Shown: piece by piece, positions 36,170 through 50,800 of the stretch
Layout: each line of letters opens with the position of its first letter
Position numbering within the stretch: the first letter of the stretch is position 1
DNA from: Lama guanicoe
Taxonomy: Eukaryota
Length of the DNA stretch: 64,000 nt
NCBI GenBank assembly: GCA_013239625.1
Contig: MU054526.1
Location: 620,001 to 684,000, forward strand
Direction: 5' to 3'
Notes under the pieces: model-generated
Told to the model about the DNA's origin: nothing
Database searches by the model: none
The model's input: only the letters and a program-made list of their open reading frames with translations
Program-made: the position numbers and the translations under genes

Positions 36170-37500
36170 ATTTTCACAAAACTATGTATCAAAACACTGT
36201 GCTACTGTCATAAAGACAAATATTAAGAACAATGAAACAGGACATAGTGCCCAGAAATGGAAGCCTGTGTATTTTGTATATATGACCAAAATGGACAAGA
36301 ATGTCTAGACAATTCAATGGGAAAAGGACGGTCTTTGCAATAAATTGTAGGAAAGTAGATGTCTGCATTCAGATGAATGAAGTTGAACACTTACCTCACA
36401 CCATATCCAGAAATGAGCTCAAAATGGATCAAAGACCTAACAGTAAGATGCAAACTCATAAAACTCTTAGATGAAAACATAGGGGAAAAGCTTCATGACA
36501 CTGGATTTGGAAATAACTTCTTGGCATTGACAAGAAAAGCACAGTGAGAAGCAAAAAGAGAGAAAGTTCCAAACTTCTGGGAAAAGCACACAATCAACAG
36601 TGACAAGGCAACCTACTGAATGGAAGAAAAACATCTGCAACTCATACACTTGATAAGTGGTTAGCATCTAGATTGTATAAAGAACTGCCACAACTCATCA
36701 ATGAGAAAACAACCTGAAACACAGACACTCTTACAAAGAATACACACAAATGGCCAAGAAGTCCATGATCGCTCGCCGTTTGGGAAATGCTGAACAAAAC
36801 CACAATGAGCTACACTCATTAGGATGCTACTTCTAAACACGAAACAGAAGATAAAATTATGTTGTTGAGGATGTGGAAACACTGGAACCCTGTGGACCTT
36901 TGATGGGAAGACATAACAGTACAGCTGATAAAGAAAACAGTTCAAAATATTAAAAACAGAATGACCTATGATCCAGCAATTCCCCTTCTGGCTAAACACC
37001 CCAGAAAACTGAAAGCAGGATCTCAAGGAGAGAGAGGTGCAGCCATTCCCACTGCAGCACTCTTCACAACAGCCAACATCGGAACAAGGGAGGTGTCAGG
37101 CAGCAGATGAACGGGTAAAGACATGGTATATACACACGGCGGAGTGCTATTCAGTCTTCAAAAGCAAGGGAATTCTGAAACATGACACATGATAGATGAA
37201 ACTCGAGATTATGTTCAGTGAAGAAAGCTATTCACAAAAAGGCAAAAACTGATTCTTCTTACATGAAGTAGTGAGGGCAGTCACATTCAAGAGGACAGAG
37301 AACAGAACAGGTTGCCGAGAGCTAGGGGAGGAGGAGGAGGAGGAGTCATTACTCAAGGGGACAGTTTCACTTTTGCAAGATGACAGGAGCTCTGCAGAGT
37401 CACTGAACGTACCTGACAGTACTGAACTGCGCACTAAAGTACTTTAGAGAGCAAGTTTTACGTGTGTGTATTTTAACACAATAAGAAGGGGAAAAAAAAA
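36170..37500 (+). mobile_element. Old L1 (L1MB-like) 3' fragment
   Basis: AAAATGGATCAAAGACCTAA...GATCCAGCAATTCCCCTTCTGG...ACAGTTTCACTTTTGCAAGATGA. Confidence 0.85.
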
Positions 37501-39407
37501 ACCCAAAGTACATAACAGGTACTTCACAGAGCCAATCAGAGCAGACGTTTGGCTGAAGTCTTTTCCCTATTTGTTGCACTCTTAAGATCTCTCTCTGCTG
37601 TGAACTTTTTGGAGCCAACTGAATGGCAGATTGGGCTAAAGACGCTCCAACATTCACTGCACTCAGAATGCATTTCTCCAGTATAAGTTCAACAATGTTT
37701 AACGAGGCCAGAGTTGCAAGTAAAGATGTTCCCATATTCACTGTTCTCCTAAGGCCTCACATCAACGTGGACTCGCTGGTGTGTGCTGAGTCTGCAGTTG
37801 TACTACAAAAACCAGCCGCATGAGTTGCACTAATAAGGCCTTTGTCTAGTGGGATCCATCCAGTGTCTAAGGAGTGTGGAGGTGCAACTAAAGAATTTCC
37901 TACATCAATGCATGCATGAGGCCTTTCTCCAGTGTGGATTCCCTCGTGCTCAACTAGTTTGTTTGCAGGTGAAGGCTTTCCCACATTCTCTGCACTCACA
38001 AGGCCCTTCTCCAGTGTAGATTTTCTCATGCTCAGTAACTTTGTCTTTGTGGCTGAAAGCTTTTCCACATTCTCTGCACTCAAAAGGCTTTTCACCACTG
38101 TGGATTTTCTGGTGCTCAACTAGTTTATGTTTGGGGGTGAAGGCTTTCCCACATCTACTGCACTTGTAAGGGCTTTCTCCTGTGTGAACTCGCTGTCTAA
38201 TGAGCATGGAGTGGTTCCTAAAGAACTTCCCACATTCACTGCAACCACAAGGTCTTTCTCCAGTGTGGACTTTCTGGGGACCAACAAGTTGGGACAGTCT
38301 AAGGAAGGCCCTCCCACACTCGCTACACTCAAAAGGTCCTGGCCTGGTGTGAATTCTCTGGTGGTCACTGAGGCCAGGTATTTCTGTAAAGAAAATTCCA
38401 CATTCCAAGGGCTCATAAAGCCCAGCTTCAGTGCGGACCTTCTGGTGCTGATCAACATGTGACTTTCTAAGGAAGGCCTTCCCGCACTGCTCACTCTCAT
38501 AAAGCTCTTCTCCAGGGTGGATCTCCTCATGGTCAACAACCACACGTTCATGGCCGAAGGCCTTCCCACACTGAGTGCACCTGTAATCATCTTGTCCATC
38601 TGGAAAGGCCTCTCCGCCTGTGGTGTCCCTGTGTTGCTTTTCCATGCTGCTTGGACTCTGCTGCAGGAGAGGGTGGGAGCAAGTGGTGAGGCCCTTCTCA
38701 CCCTCCCTGCATGGCATGGTCCTCTGTCTTCACTGCAGTTCTTCACAAATGAAGGCCTCTCCTTGTCCTGTCTGTAACGTTTCCCTCTAATTTGATGTTT
38801 CTGGTGCTGGGAAAGCTTTGCCCCACAGGTGCACAGTCCCCGCCCAGGGTGTGTTCCACCTGCTCAGCCATGGACGGGATGTCTTTCAAGAGTGAGCTAC
38901 ATGTCCCACAGGGCTGGGCCTTCCAGGTGAATGGACCTGGCTTTGGGGTCCTGGCCAGTGATGCTCCAACAGAAACACCTTGCTCTGAAGGTGGCTCCTC
39001 ACCCTGGGCTCCACAGCAATAATCTATAAGCAGAGAAATGCTGGGAGGGTGCTGACACTGGGGGGACGAGTGGCCCCATCACAAACGTGTGTCAGACACC
39101 CTCATGAGTAAGTCCATGAGACTGCTGATGGCACTAGGACCCACAGCCAGCAAGGAGGCCTGCTGTGCGGGGCTCGGCCTGGGAAGCTCATGTGATAGGA
39201 GAGCCCTGACAAGTAAGGACACAAGGAGTGGGTGCAGTGCAGGGAGGATGAGAAGGGTCCTCAACTCACTCCTCTGCAAATGGCTTTCCACAAGGCTGTG
39301 GCCGCTGGTAAGAAAGGAGCACTGTGATGAAGGTTGTGTCTGGACCCAGAAATGTCTGATTGTGACACAGGAGCCAGTGTCCAAGGACTGTTTAAAGGTA
39401 TGTGCAA

Positions 39408-39552
39408 AGGAGGGTCTAGCTCAGTGGTAGAGCATATGCTTAGCATGCACGAGGTCCTGGGTTCAATCCCCAGTACCTCCACTAAAAAGTAAAATAAAAT
39501 AAAAAAATTAATTAAAAAATACATAGAGAAATCTAATTACTCCCCCCCCAAA
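39408..39552 (+). mobile_element. tRNA-Ala-derived SINE (near-complete tRNA-like head)
   Basis: TAGCTCAGTGGTAGAGCATATGCTTAGCATGCACGAGGTCCTGGGTTCAATCCCCAGTACCTCCA plus the family tail CTAATTACTCCCCCC. Confidence 0.85.
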
Positions 39553-39599
39553 AATATGTGCAAACGTCACAATACTTTTTTTTTTAACAGACTGTAGTT

Positions 39600-39723
39600 T
39601 TTTTAAGCTTTGTGTTTTGTTTTGGGTGGGAAGGTAATTAGTTTGATTGACTGATTGATTAATTGAACCTAGGACCTCATGCATGCTAAACACACACTCT
39701 ACCACTGAGCTCTACCCTCCCCC
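39600..39723 (-). mobile_element. tRNA-Ala-derived SINE, inverted relative to 39408-39552
   Basis: ATTGAACCTAGGACCTCATGCATGCTAA...CTCTACCACTGAGCT. Confidence 0.8.
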
Positions 39724-42700
39724 AAATGTCCCAATATCTTAAGTGAGGGTCAAATGTTGAGAGCACAGCACAGGGTGCAGTAAAAGGGAACAGAGAAGAG
39801 GTGGAGGCTGCAAATGTCAGGGGAGCCGGGGACTGGAAGATTCAAAATGACAGTGGGAGAGAAAAGGTAGAAATGAAATGTGACCACTGTCTCTAGCATC
39901 ACCCACTGGTGGACACTGGCCTGGTTTCCAGTGCGACTTAAAGCCATCTTTGCAACACACCCTCTTTCAGCTCCCAAGCTCCAGAGCCACTTTCTGTGGG
40001 CGCTCAGGGAGTAATGCCCATCCTATCAAGCCCCCAGGCCCCTCCCTTTTCCTCTCAGGGAGCACCTAGAGGGACCTGGCACAGACCAAGCAAGATGAAA
40101 CCCAGGGAGAAGGGGTGGGCGGCATGCCCCCCGCAAGTGAGCCGACGTGTGGCCACTAACATTCTATAATCCAAGAACTCCACAGAGGGTCCGGTAGAAT
40201 CAATGGTCTCTCCAAGTAGGAACCATGTATCTCTGGCACAGGCAGGCCCCAAAAACAGTCATCAAGAAGGGTGAAGGCCTCCGTGCACTGAACAGAGTAA
40301 CCCAACCAGAGACAGGCAAGGGATGGGGCTGCCTGGGGGGAGGCAGCACAGTGCACGCAGCCTGGGAATGGCTCCCACACACACGCTAGGAAACCAAGAA
40401 AGGGAGTCTTACCCACAGCCTGGATGTGGGAAAGACAGAGCGAAGGAACAGGGCAAAGCCCAGGACCCTGGGGCGGGTGTGAGGGCCTTCTCCAGTGAGG
40501 CTGTAAGCGCAAAGCTCTCCAGCATCTCCACTTGGTAGTACCGGCTTCTCTGGGCCTCATCCAGGAGCCCCCACCCCTCCTGGGAGGAAAGTATAGCCAC
40601 ATCTGTAAAAACCACGAGTCCCTGCCAAAATGGGGACGTTTCAATCAACATGCAGCTCCTCTCTCTGGGACCATCAGTCTTTCCCCCACACTTCCCTTCC
40701 CTCCCCACCCTCCACCCCCACTTCCCAAATGCGGAAGAGACACAAGGTCCAGAGGAACCAGCACCTCTCTCTCCATATTTCCACTCACCACTGTGTCCAG
40801 AACACAATAAAAATGAGTTGGGGGAGGGCGCAGAAAAGCACCGTCTAACCTCTGGGTCTGGATGCTCCCCCTGACAGGACGCAGGCTCTACTCCGACTTC
40901 ATTAGTGTCCTAAGGTCCCCAGATCTGCCTCTCAGATAACGGAGCCTGAACTCACTTCCTCCCTGAGGCACCTGGCGTCAGGGCCTGGGGCGGCACAGTC
41001 CCCTCCTCACCTGCACAGCAGTCTTGGACTGAATCTCTCCGCAGCTCTGGTCCTTCTTCTTTTGCAACCCAGGTGCGGAGAGCCAGCAGCCCGACATGCC
41101 ACTGTGCACGTGGAATCCAGGCGGGGCTTTGCAAATGGAAACGGAATCCTCTTTTGACCCAGAACGTCCAAGTTCCCCAGCACCAGAGAGCACCAAGGTC
41201 TTTTTGTGATTCTCCCCATGTGGCCCTGTCCCCCATGTCACACTCACCCTCAAAAGCTGACACTAGGACCTCATGACTAGTAGCCCTCCACCATGTCTTC
41301 TCATGCTGCCCATAAGCAGTCTAGACAGCCTCTCTCCACCTGACCCTCATTCAAAGCCCAGTGACCCCGAACTCCCCACCCTACCCGAGAACTAGCAATG
41401 CTCCCAACTGATCCTTTTTCACCTAAATTAACCTACTAGCCTGAATTAAACAGTGCAGACCAGACCAAGAATCACCACCAGACACAGGTGAGTCCAAAGT
41501 GGGGTGGTGTGCCCTGCTGACACGTGTAGTGAGTTTACCATGTGACCTCCTCATGGAGATGCTTCGATGTCTATCTCAGGTCCGCAGCCCCCTTGGACGC
41601 CTTTCAGGCTCCTTTACCCTTATCCCCTCAGACATTCTGTTTCCTCATCTGTCTCCATGACAACCACCCCCCCATCATCTGCCAGCAGAGAGACACACCT
41701 CGGCCTCCTCCTTCCCACTCCTGCCACCAGAACCTAACGAAGCCACCTGTTGCACAGCTGTCTGCAACCTGAACGTATCTCCCAGTTCCACAACTATACT
41801 TCTGCTGCCGCCAGGGCACTTCCGCCCGGAGTCTCTGGATCACGTGTGATGAGACCTGACTCTTCCCACTCCCTCTGAAAATCCCTCCCACTGCTGCCGT
41901 CCCCGTCTCACCTGACACAATATCTATCCTTCCAACAGAAGCCAGAAACCTGGGGCCACCTCTGACCCCCCTTCCATCCCAGCTCCCACAGTCTCCAAAT
42001 CACTGAACATGGGCAGGTCTGTTCAGAACACAAATGGAAGGCCACCTTGCCTCTCCCTCCACAGCCAGGACACTTGTCCAGCTACTGTCAACTCTCACCT
42101 GCACAGCCATGGTCACTTCCTCCCAGGTTGCCTGGCCTCCGCCTTCTCTTCCACAGTATCCCCCGCAGGTAGACACAGCCTGTTACAATCTGGGTCAAAT
42201 ACCCTGCTGCTCACTCCAAACCTTCCCTAGCTCCTAATTCACTCAGATTCTCAGGCTGTCACTTTAGACCTGTAACTATGTGCCCCAACCCACCAATAAC
42301 TCTCCCACCCACCCCATGTTCCTACCACATATAATAAACTTGCAGTTCCCTCAATTTTCGAGCTCAGTCTCACCTCCAATTGTCTGAACTTCTGGATCCT
42401 GTGCCCAGAACACCCTTCCACATCTTACTCCATTGGCTGTCAGTCACGGGTCCATAAAACCTGAGGTGAGTTTAAGACCCTAGGCCTTAGTGAAACCACA
42501 GGGACTTCAGACCCAAGGAAGTGAGTACAGGTGAATAATCTCAGGACACCAAATTCTTTATGGGGGAGCGACAAAACCTTCAGAGTGATAATTGGGTTGG
42601 AGGAAGGTCTGGCACATCCCTGATCCACCTGTAAGTGTCCATAAGCACCTCTGAAAACAACAGGGGAGCCTGTGGGAAGAGGGGGTCATGAGAAATAGGC

Positions 42701-44099
42701 ACCCACGGTAGGATTCTAAGGGCTGAGCTGGACCACCACCCCTACCCTGCCCTGGAGCAAAATGGTCTCAGCCTGATGGTTGATACTCAGTTTCTGTGGT
42801 CTCAGTGTCACTGTTATCAGCTGTGTGAGTCTCCTTAAAGACTGAAATTCCCTGAGCCTCAACTCCTTCAGCGTAAAATGGGGGCAATGGTTTTGATCTG
42901 ACAGGGCTGATGAAAGTGTTAAACTTCAGAGCACATACTACCTGTCAGCTGTAATGATCCACAGGATTCACAATTTTTTGTTTTCAGTGCATATGAAGGG
43001 GTTGGGTTTTGAAAATGTGGGTTTGCATTATTTCAGCTTTTTAAGGTTTTCAGAGAATGTGATATATAACACTCTACTTAATTTGCTAATACCTAGACTA
43101 TTAAAAAATAATATAGGTAAACTGACATTTCAATTTTTATAAAGTGTTCCCATGTTTAATTCATAGAACATCTTCATTTCTAACTGTCCCTCTATATGAA
43201 TATACTTAGAAAGATATTGGTTAACTGATGTTTTAATCAGTGCTTTTCATATATTCTGAATTTAATGAGTTTTAGGGAGAGTTGAGCAGGCAGGTCAGCT
43301 ACCTTTCCTTTCCGCAAACAAGCCTGTTTTCTGTTCACAAACAATCCCTGTAAGTGTGCCTGCAGGAGCCCCGTGACTGGAGTGCATTTGTTCCTCTTGT
43401 CCTGAGGTGTGGAGGTGAGTCAGCAGTGTTCTTGTCTGGAACCAGTCTGATCCACAGACCTGGCTACTTATCTGTCCCATAGGGACTGTCCTCCAGGAGC
43501 AGAGATGACCTGCAGGGCTGAGACTCTACACTGTCTCACCCCTTCTTCATCCAGGCCAGGCACTCACCACATCCAGGCATCTTTTCCTACAGACACAAGC
43601 CAGAATGCTGCCTCTGCCAGGTATGTTACATTATGGGGGGAACATGAGGGATGATGAAACCCCCAGGCCCAAACTCGAAGTCTCCGCCCTCCTGGGACTC
43701 ACTACAGGGCACACCAGAAGTAACAACCTTAAGACTCGCCCTCCTCAATCTGATCCTCAGGTCATGCCCTGGTCCACTCTGCACTATATACTCCTTTAAC
43801 GGCTTCAACCCAGCCCCCTTCCGGAGCATGCAGACCTTTATGTACACATACTTATGCGGCGTCTCCATGTTGAGATACCTTGAAATCACACATCCAAAAT
43901 CCAACTCATTATCTTCTCTCTGAAACCTGACCTCTGTGCTTGCTTCCCCATCTCCACTCTTTCAGATATTCAGGGGAAAAACAAACAAAACAAAACCGTG
44001 ATATGGTCCCTCAAGCGCTCCTTCTGCTCACAGCTATACAAGATGCATCAGAAAGTCCTGTAGGCTCTATCGAGGAGATCTATGCAGAATCTCTTCACC

Positions 44100-45430
44100 C
44101 TTCCCCTGTGCCGCCACCACCCCGGCCGGCCCCTACCACAGTCTCCTGGGGTCTGTGGGGGGGGAGGTCTCCTCAGCAGGCTCCGTGTCTCCATTCGCAT
44201 CCTGGGTTTCCCACGTTTAATCTGCTAACTCCGCACACGGTTCTCCCGTCCCCACGCCCTTCACAGCCTCCCACGGAGTCCCGCTGCTGGGGCGGCCGTT
44301 TCAGGGGAGACACCTCCTCCCCTTCGCCGGTCCCCGATACAAGACATCCCAGGTTTCCATGAGGCTGCCCACCGCGTAGCACCCGCGAGCCTCGCACAGG
44401 CGGCCCCGGGGGAACTCCCTCCTACACCCCTTCCCACCCGCTGGAAGGACGACCCCTCCAAGGCCGCCCTCCGCTCTGGACACGGGGGTGACCGGCAGGA
44501 ACTGAGCGGGCGCCCCCCCATCAGCACCTGGACTCGGGGGTGGGAGGCGGCGGGATGGGGCCCGGGGACGCAGCACCCACCTGAGCGGGGCTCATCCAGC
44601 TGGTGGGAAGCGCGGGGCCGGGAGAGGCGGCGAGCGGGGCAGGAAAGAGGGCACCGCCGTCACTGCAGGCTCAGGGAGCCTCACGGCCGCCTCTGGGCAG
44701 CGGCGACAACGCCCACCCTCGCCGGTTCCGTTCACTTCGGTCCCCACTCAGGACTCAACACCCTGAAAACCGCGGAAAGAACCCGAAAACAACGCAAACA
44801 CGGCCTCCACAAATAGCTGCCCGGAAGTCCCGCCCCACACGGCGCGGGCGCGGGAAAACGTCCCTGAGTTGAGCCTTCATTGGCCGCGCGGTGGCGGCGG
44901 CGAGGACCGAGCCAATGAAAGCGTAGAAGCGGGACGCACACTGCACATCGTCGGCGGGCGGGACTTCCGGTGTCCCTTCCGGTCTTTTGGTGGCACTTTG
45001 GGTGTGCTCGAGTTCAGTACTTCAATGTCTCTTGGTGGGCGGCGAGCTGAGGGAGTGAAATAGCGGCAAGAGGGGCTCCAGGGTGAACCCGGCCCTGGGG
45101 ACCCCTCCAGGGCCGCCCTTCCAGCGGGTGGGAAGGGGTGCGGGAGGGAGTTTCCCCGGGGCCGCCTGTGCGAGGCTCGCGGGTGCTACGCGGTGGGCAG
45201 CGCCGGGGACCCGGGGAGGGGAGGAGGTGTCTCCCCTGAAACGGCCGCCCCAGCAGCGGGACTCGGTGGGAGGCTGTGAAGGGCGTGGGGACGGGAGAAC
45301 TGTGTGCGGAGTTAGCAGCTTAAACGTGGGAAACCCAGGATGCGAATGGAGGCAGGGACCGCGGTGAGCAGACCCCCGCCATAGACCCCAGGAGAGTGTG
45401 GGAGGGGCGGGACGCGGGAAGTGTGAAGAG
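44100..45430. promoter_or_regulatory. Bidirectional CpG-island promoter shared by genes B (-) and C (+)
   Basis: Mirror modules: minus strand CCAAT (~44879-44883) plus GGCGGGACTTCCGG (44821-44834); plus strand CCAAT (44912-44916) plus GGCGGGACTTCCGG (44957-44970). Confidence 0.85.
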
Positions 45431-46828
45431 ATTCTGGAAAAACAAAGGTGGAGCAAATGGGATTTTCTGCTTCGTAAAATACGGTTGTAAGCGAAAGTAG
45501 GTCGTGAACCACCGTCCAAAATTTTTGCCTGAACATCTAAAAAAGTACGTAGATGGGAAAGTCAATGCAAAGAGCAGGTTCCCAGGGGAAGATCATGAGT
45601 GTATTTGGACGTGATGTTCTTCAGATGGATGCAGATGGACGTGTCACCAAATGGAAATGGCACGTGTGTAGGTGAACATAAAGTCTGGAAGGAGAGGAAG
45701 GGGGCAAGGTTGGAGATATCAAAGGAGTGGAGGGTGTGGACTCCACCAGGGAACCGTGTGGGGAGCACATTGAGGAGGGAGCCTTTAGATTGTTCCCGGA
45801 GATTGACCTGTGGTGAGGGAGGGGAGGGCTGAGGGTAGTGGGGCAGGACCTGAGGGGCGGGTGTTGGCATCCCTGATGCTTCCTCCAACAGAGAGCATAG
45901 CTGACCTAGGAGGGATTCTGGCCTGTCTGTAGAAAGGGAGGCCCGGGTGGGCTAAGGAGCTTCCCTTCAGTGGGACCTGCGACGTGTGCTGCTGTGGGGT
46001 CCACGGTCAGGGCCACTCCTGATGGAACCAGGGAAAGGACAGCCAGGCTGGTGCAGCCACTGCATCCTAGACCAGGGCACTGCTGCCTCTCCTCCACCCC
46101 TCAGGGCGAGAGGGATGATCCTCAGTCAAGGGCGCCCAGCAAGCTCCCTTCTGAGGACTGTTTAGTGGATGGGCCTGGTTGCTGAGTGGTCTAACAGCTG
46201 ACCTGCCTGCTCGGCCCCTCTCTCTGACTCCTTAACTTAAGAATGTATGAAAGTTTCATTAACTTAAACACGAATTAACCAATATTCCTCTAAAATTTGT
46301 ACACGCAGGTAGGCAATTAGAAATTAGCCTATTCACTCATTAAATTTCTGCAAACACTTCATAATTGGCTTGGCATTGATCAGCCTCTAGGTATTTGCTT
46401 ACAGTGCCAAGTTTCTTCTATGACATCCTCTGAAATCTTAAAAACTGCTAAAGATGAAGACCCCAGATTTCAAAACTACCACTTCATTCGCACTGAAAAG
46501 ACGTACAGAACTGTTGATCCTGTGGACGGCCCTAGTGGATACATGGTGTGGACCCTTTACATCAGGTACCAGTACAAGCCCTGTGAGGGTGGAAGCATTC
46601 TCATCCCCATCAGCATTTTCTTTCCCTGAGGCTCAGGGAGGCTCAGTCCTTCTCCAGGGTCACCCAGCTGGTAAGAGGCAGTACTGATTTCTGAGGAACT
46701 GCGCTTAGACTGTCGAGCTGAGAACCAGGCATGGCAGGGGTTGTGGTCCAGCTCAGGGGAGGAATCCTACCATGTTCCCCATTTCTCATGGCTTCCTTCT
46801 TCCCCAGGGACCCACAACAGTTGCAGAA

Positions 46829-46849
46829 ATGCTTATGGACACCGTGCAG
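46829..46849 (+). CDS. Gene C coding part of exon 2 (MLMDTVQ); exon spans 46808-46849
   Basis: TCCCCAG| acceptor, 42-nt exon, CAG|GTGAGT donor, in-frame ATGs, phase 0. Confidence 0.55.
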
Positions 46850-48929
46850 GTGAGTGGAGGGGTCCCACCCATCCCAGCTGTCACCCTGATGGTTTTGTCA
46901 TCCTGACATATGTGTCACCAGGTAGTGTCCCAGGACATCTATCCCTTCTTCCTATCTTCCATCCAAAGACCATGTACCTTCATCAGGCCCAGGATCCTGT
47001 ATTTAATCTCAGGTGACCTGGAGCAGTTCCATTTCTGACAACTGGCGGGGTAGGATGTGACAGGAGTCCTGACTACAGGATGCAGAGTGTTCAGACAGGG
47101 ACAGGTGAGACTGAGCCAGGACATTCAGGGAACTGCAGGCCTCTGCTATATGTGGTGGGAATGGGGAGCTGGGATAGGGGTTCACAGGCATTGGGCCTGA
47201 ATGATTTCCTGAGGTCCTGAGCCTCTAATGAGATGGGTGTGTGGAAGGGAAAGTCTGAAGCAGAGGTGGGAGGTGCTGTGACCAGATTTTAAAGGGCTCC
47301 CTCTGACTGCCAAGTGGAAGAAAGCCCTGGCCAGGGGTGGGGGGACTGAAGGCAGGGGTGTCGGGGGGAGATTTCCTGCCACGATCCAGGTGAGTGTTGG
47401 GGTGGCTACACCAGCAGGGTAGCTGGTGCGATGGAGAAGTGGCTGGTTTCTGATTGTGTTCTAAACTGGAGCTGCCCCTGTTTTATGTAATGGAGTGAGG
47501 GACTGAAGGAGGTGGGCCAGCGGGAAGAATCAGAGATGACCCAGGTCATCGGCCTTGTTAGGAAGGACAGATTCTTCATCACTTAAAATGGAGGAAGTCC
47601 GCTGTTGGAGGGGTTTTCAGATGCAAGAGGAAGAGTCCGTTTCTGTCCATGTCACAAAGGTCCCAGAGGCTCCCAAGGAGAGATGCCGGGTGGGGAGGAC
47701 GGTGTACCTCGGCTTCAGGTGAGGACAGAGGAAGGTTCTGCCAGCTCATGGGACAGCTGGTGTGATGCAGACGAGGGGGAGGACAGAGGGGACGTGAGGT
47801 CTCACACAGGAAGGGTGACTGAGGATGAAGGAGAAACAGGGCCAGGTGGGGAGACCCTCAGAGCAGGGCCTGGGACCCACCCTGGCCTCAGGGACTTGGG
47901 GGTTCAGGGCAGGACTGGGCTGGATTGATTGCTGGGTGCATTTGCCATTCCCTGCCTTGGTTCCCTGTGCACAGGGCCCTGTGAGGAGTGAAGGAAGTGC
48001 CTGTGGTGTGGGCTGGGGTGTCTGCGGAGTTGTCACTGTGGAGGGGTCAGAGTCGTGAGGAGGGTGCAGGCCTAGAAGTGACATGCGGGTGAGGAGGAGT
48101 GTGAATGGTTGTCCTGGGCCTGGGCACTGGGCACCTAAGGACCAGGACAAGTCTGAGTTTGGTTGTCTGAGGGTCCACGTATGGGGGACCCCGGGGAAAC
48201 TGGTAAGAGAGGAGCCGGGCACTGCAGGCAGGTCCACAGCCTGGATGGTGGTTTTCCGCTCTCTCCCCCACGTGTTCTATTCCACGTGCTGGACACGGTG
48301 ACCAGTGGTGATGAGGAGAGCTGGCACTGGTGCCTGGGACCTGGTGTAGCTGACGGTGGGACGTCTGGGTGGAGCAGGAGCCGGGTAGGTGTGTAGGGCG
48401 AGGACGGAAGGTCCCAGAAACGGAGGTGCATGAGTGACTGTACCAGAGGATTGTAACTTGTGGAGGTGAGTGAGTGGAGACACGGAGAGGCCCAAGCCAT
48501 TGGAGGGCAGTTTTATTACTTCGGTTTCCTGAGAGGAGGGGCGCAGGGCCACGTGGGGAAGCACTCGATTCATCGGGAGCATAAACATGAGCAAAGGGAA
48601 ACCAGTGGTCAGAGCCTTTACTGGGCTTTCCAGGGAGAAGCAGGGAGGGTTGGACGAAAAGTTTAGGGTGGCTCGTTTGCACAGTTGTCCTGTCCTGGGG
48701 TGTGAGGCCGTCCCTCGCTGTCTGGTACCTGGCCCGGCTGATTTAGGGCCGGGAAATACTGACGTGCTGTGTGAGAGTTCCTGAAGGAGTTGGTTCAGGG
48801 TATGGGCTCTGGGTTACAAGGGAGCTATAAACAAATTGTGGCCCGTACTAAAGCCCTGTAATTAACGGATAGCAAACGGATAAACACAGAATCCACAAAA
48901 ACAGAGTTAAAGCAAGAAGCTGCTCATGA

Positions 48930-49598
<669 letters not shown>

Positions 49599-49775
49599 CG
49601 ATGCCTCTCCCTGCTGTCCTGACCTGTCCGTCAGGACTCTCATCGTGGGAGCTACCCTGGCCATCTCTGCACAGCAGGCCTCCCTCACTGGCTCTGGTCC
49701 TGGGTGTGTCCTTCTGATGGGGCCACCCTTCCACCACGATTGTCAAATCCTTCACCAGAACTTCTCTGCTTACAG

Positions 49776-50800
<1,025 letters not shown>

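Larger units (their letters stand above)
37540..44595 (-). pseudogene. Gene B: KRAB-ZNF pseudogene of the ZNF17/ZNF547/ZNF749 subfamily
   Basis: Exon 1 MSPAQ (44595-44581). KRAB-A exon 40621-40492 has its donor GT changed to AG (CTGG|AGAAGG). Last exon starts at 39023, with frameshifts at ~38862 (stop 38745-38743), ~38720 and ~37960, and many fingers lack Cys/His (ORF 37950..38717). Confidence 0.85.

Noticed and set aside
39412-39481. Near-perfect tRNA-Ala(AGC)-like sequence
   Set aside because: Has acceptor-stem mismatches, lacks a Pol III T-run terminator and carries the SINE family tail; one of about 11 copies here.
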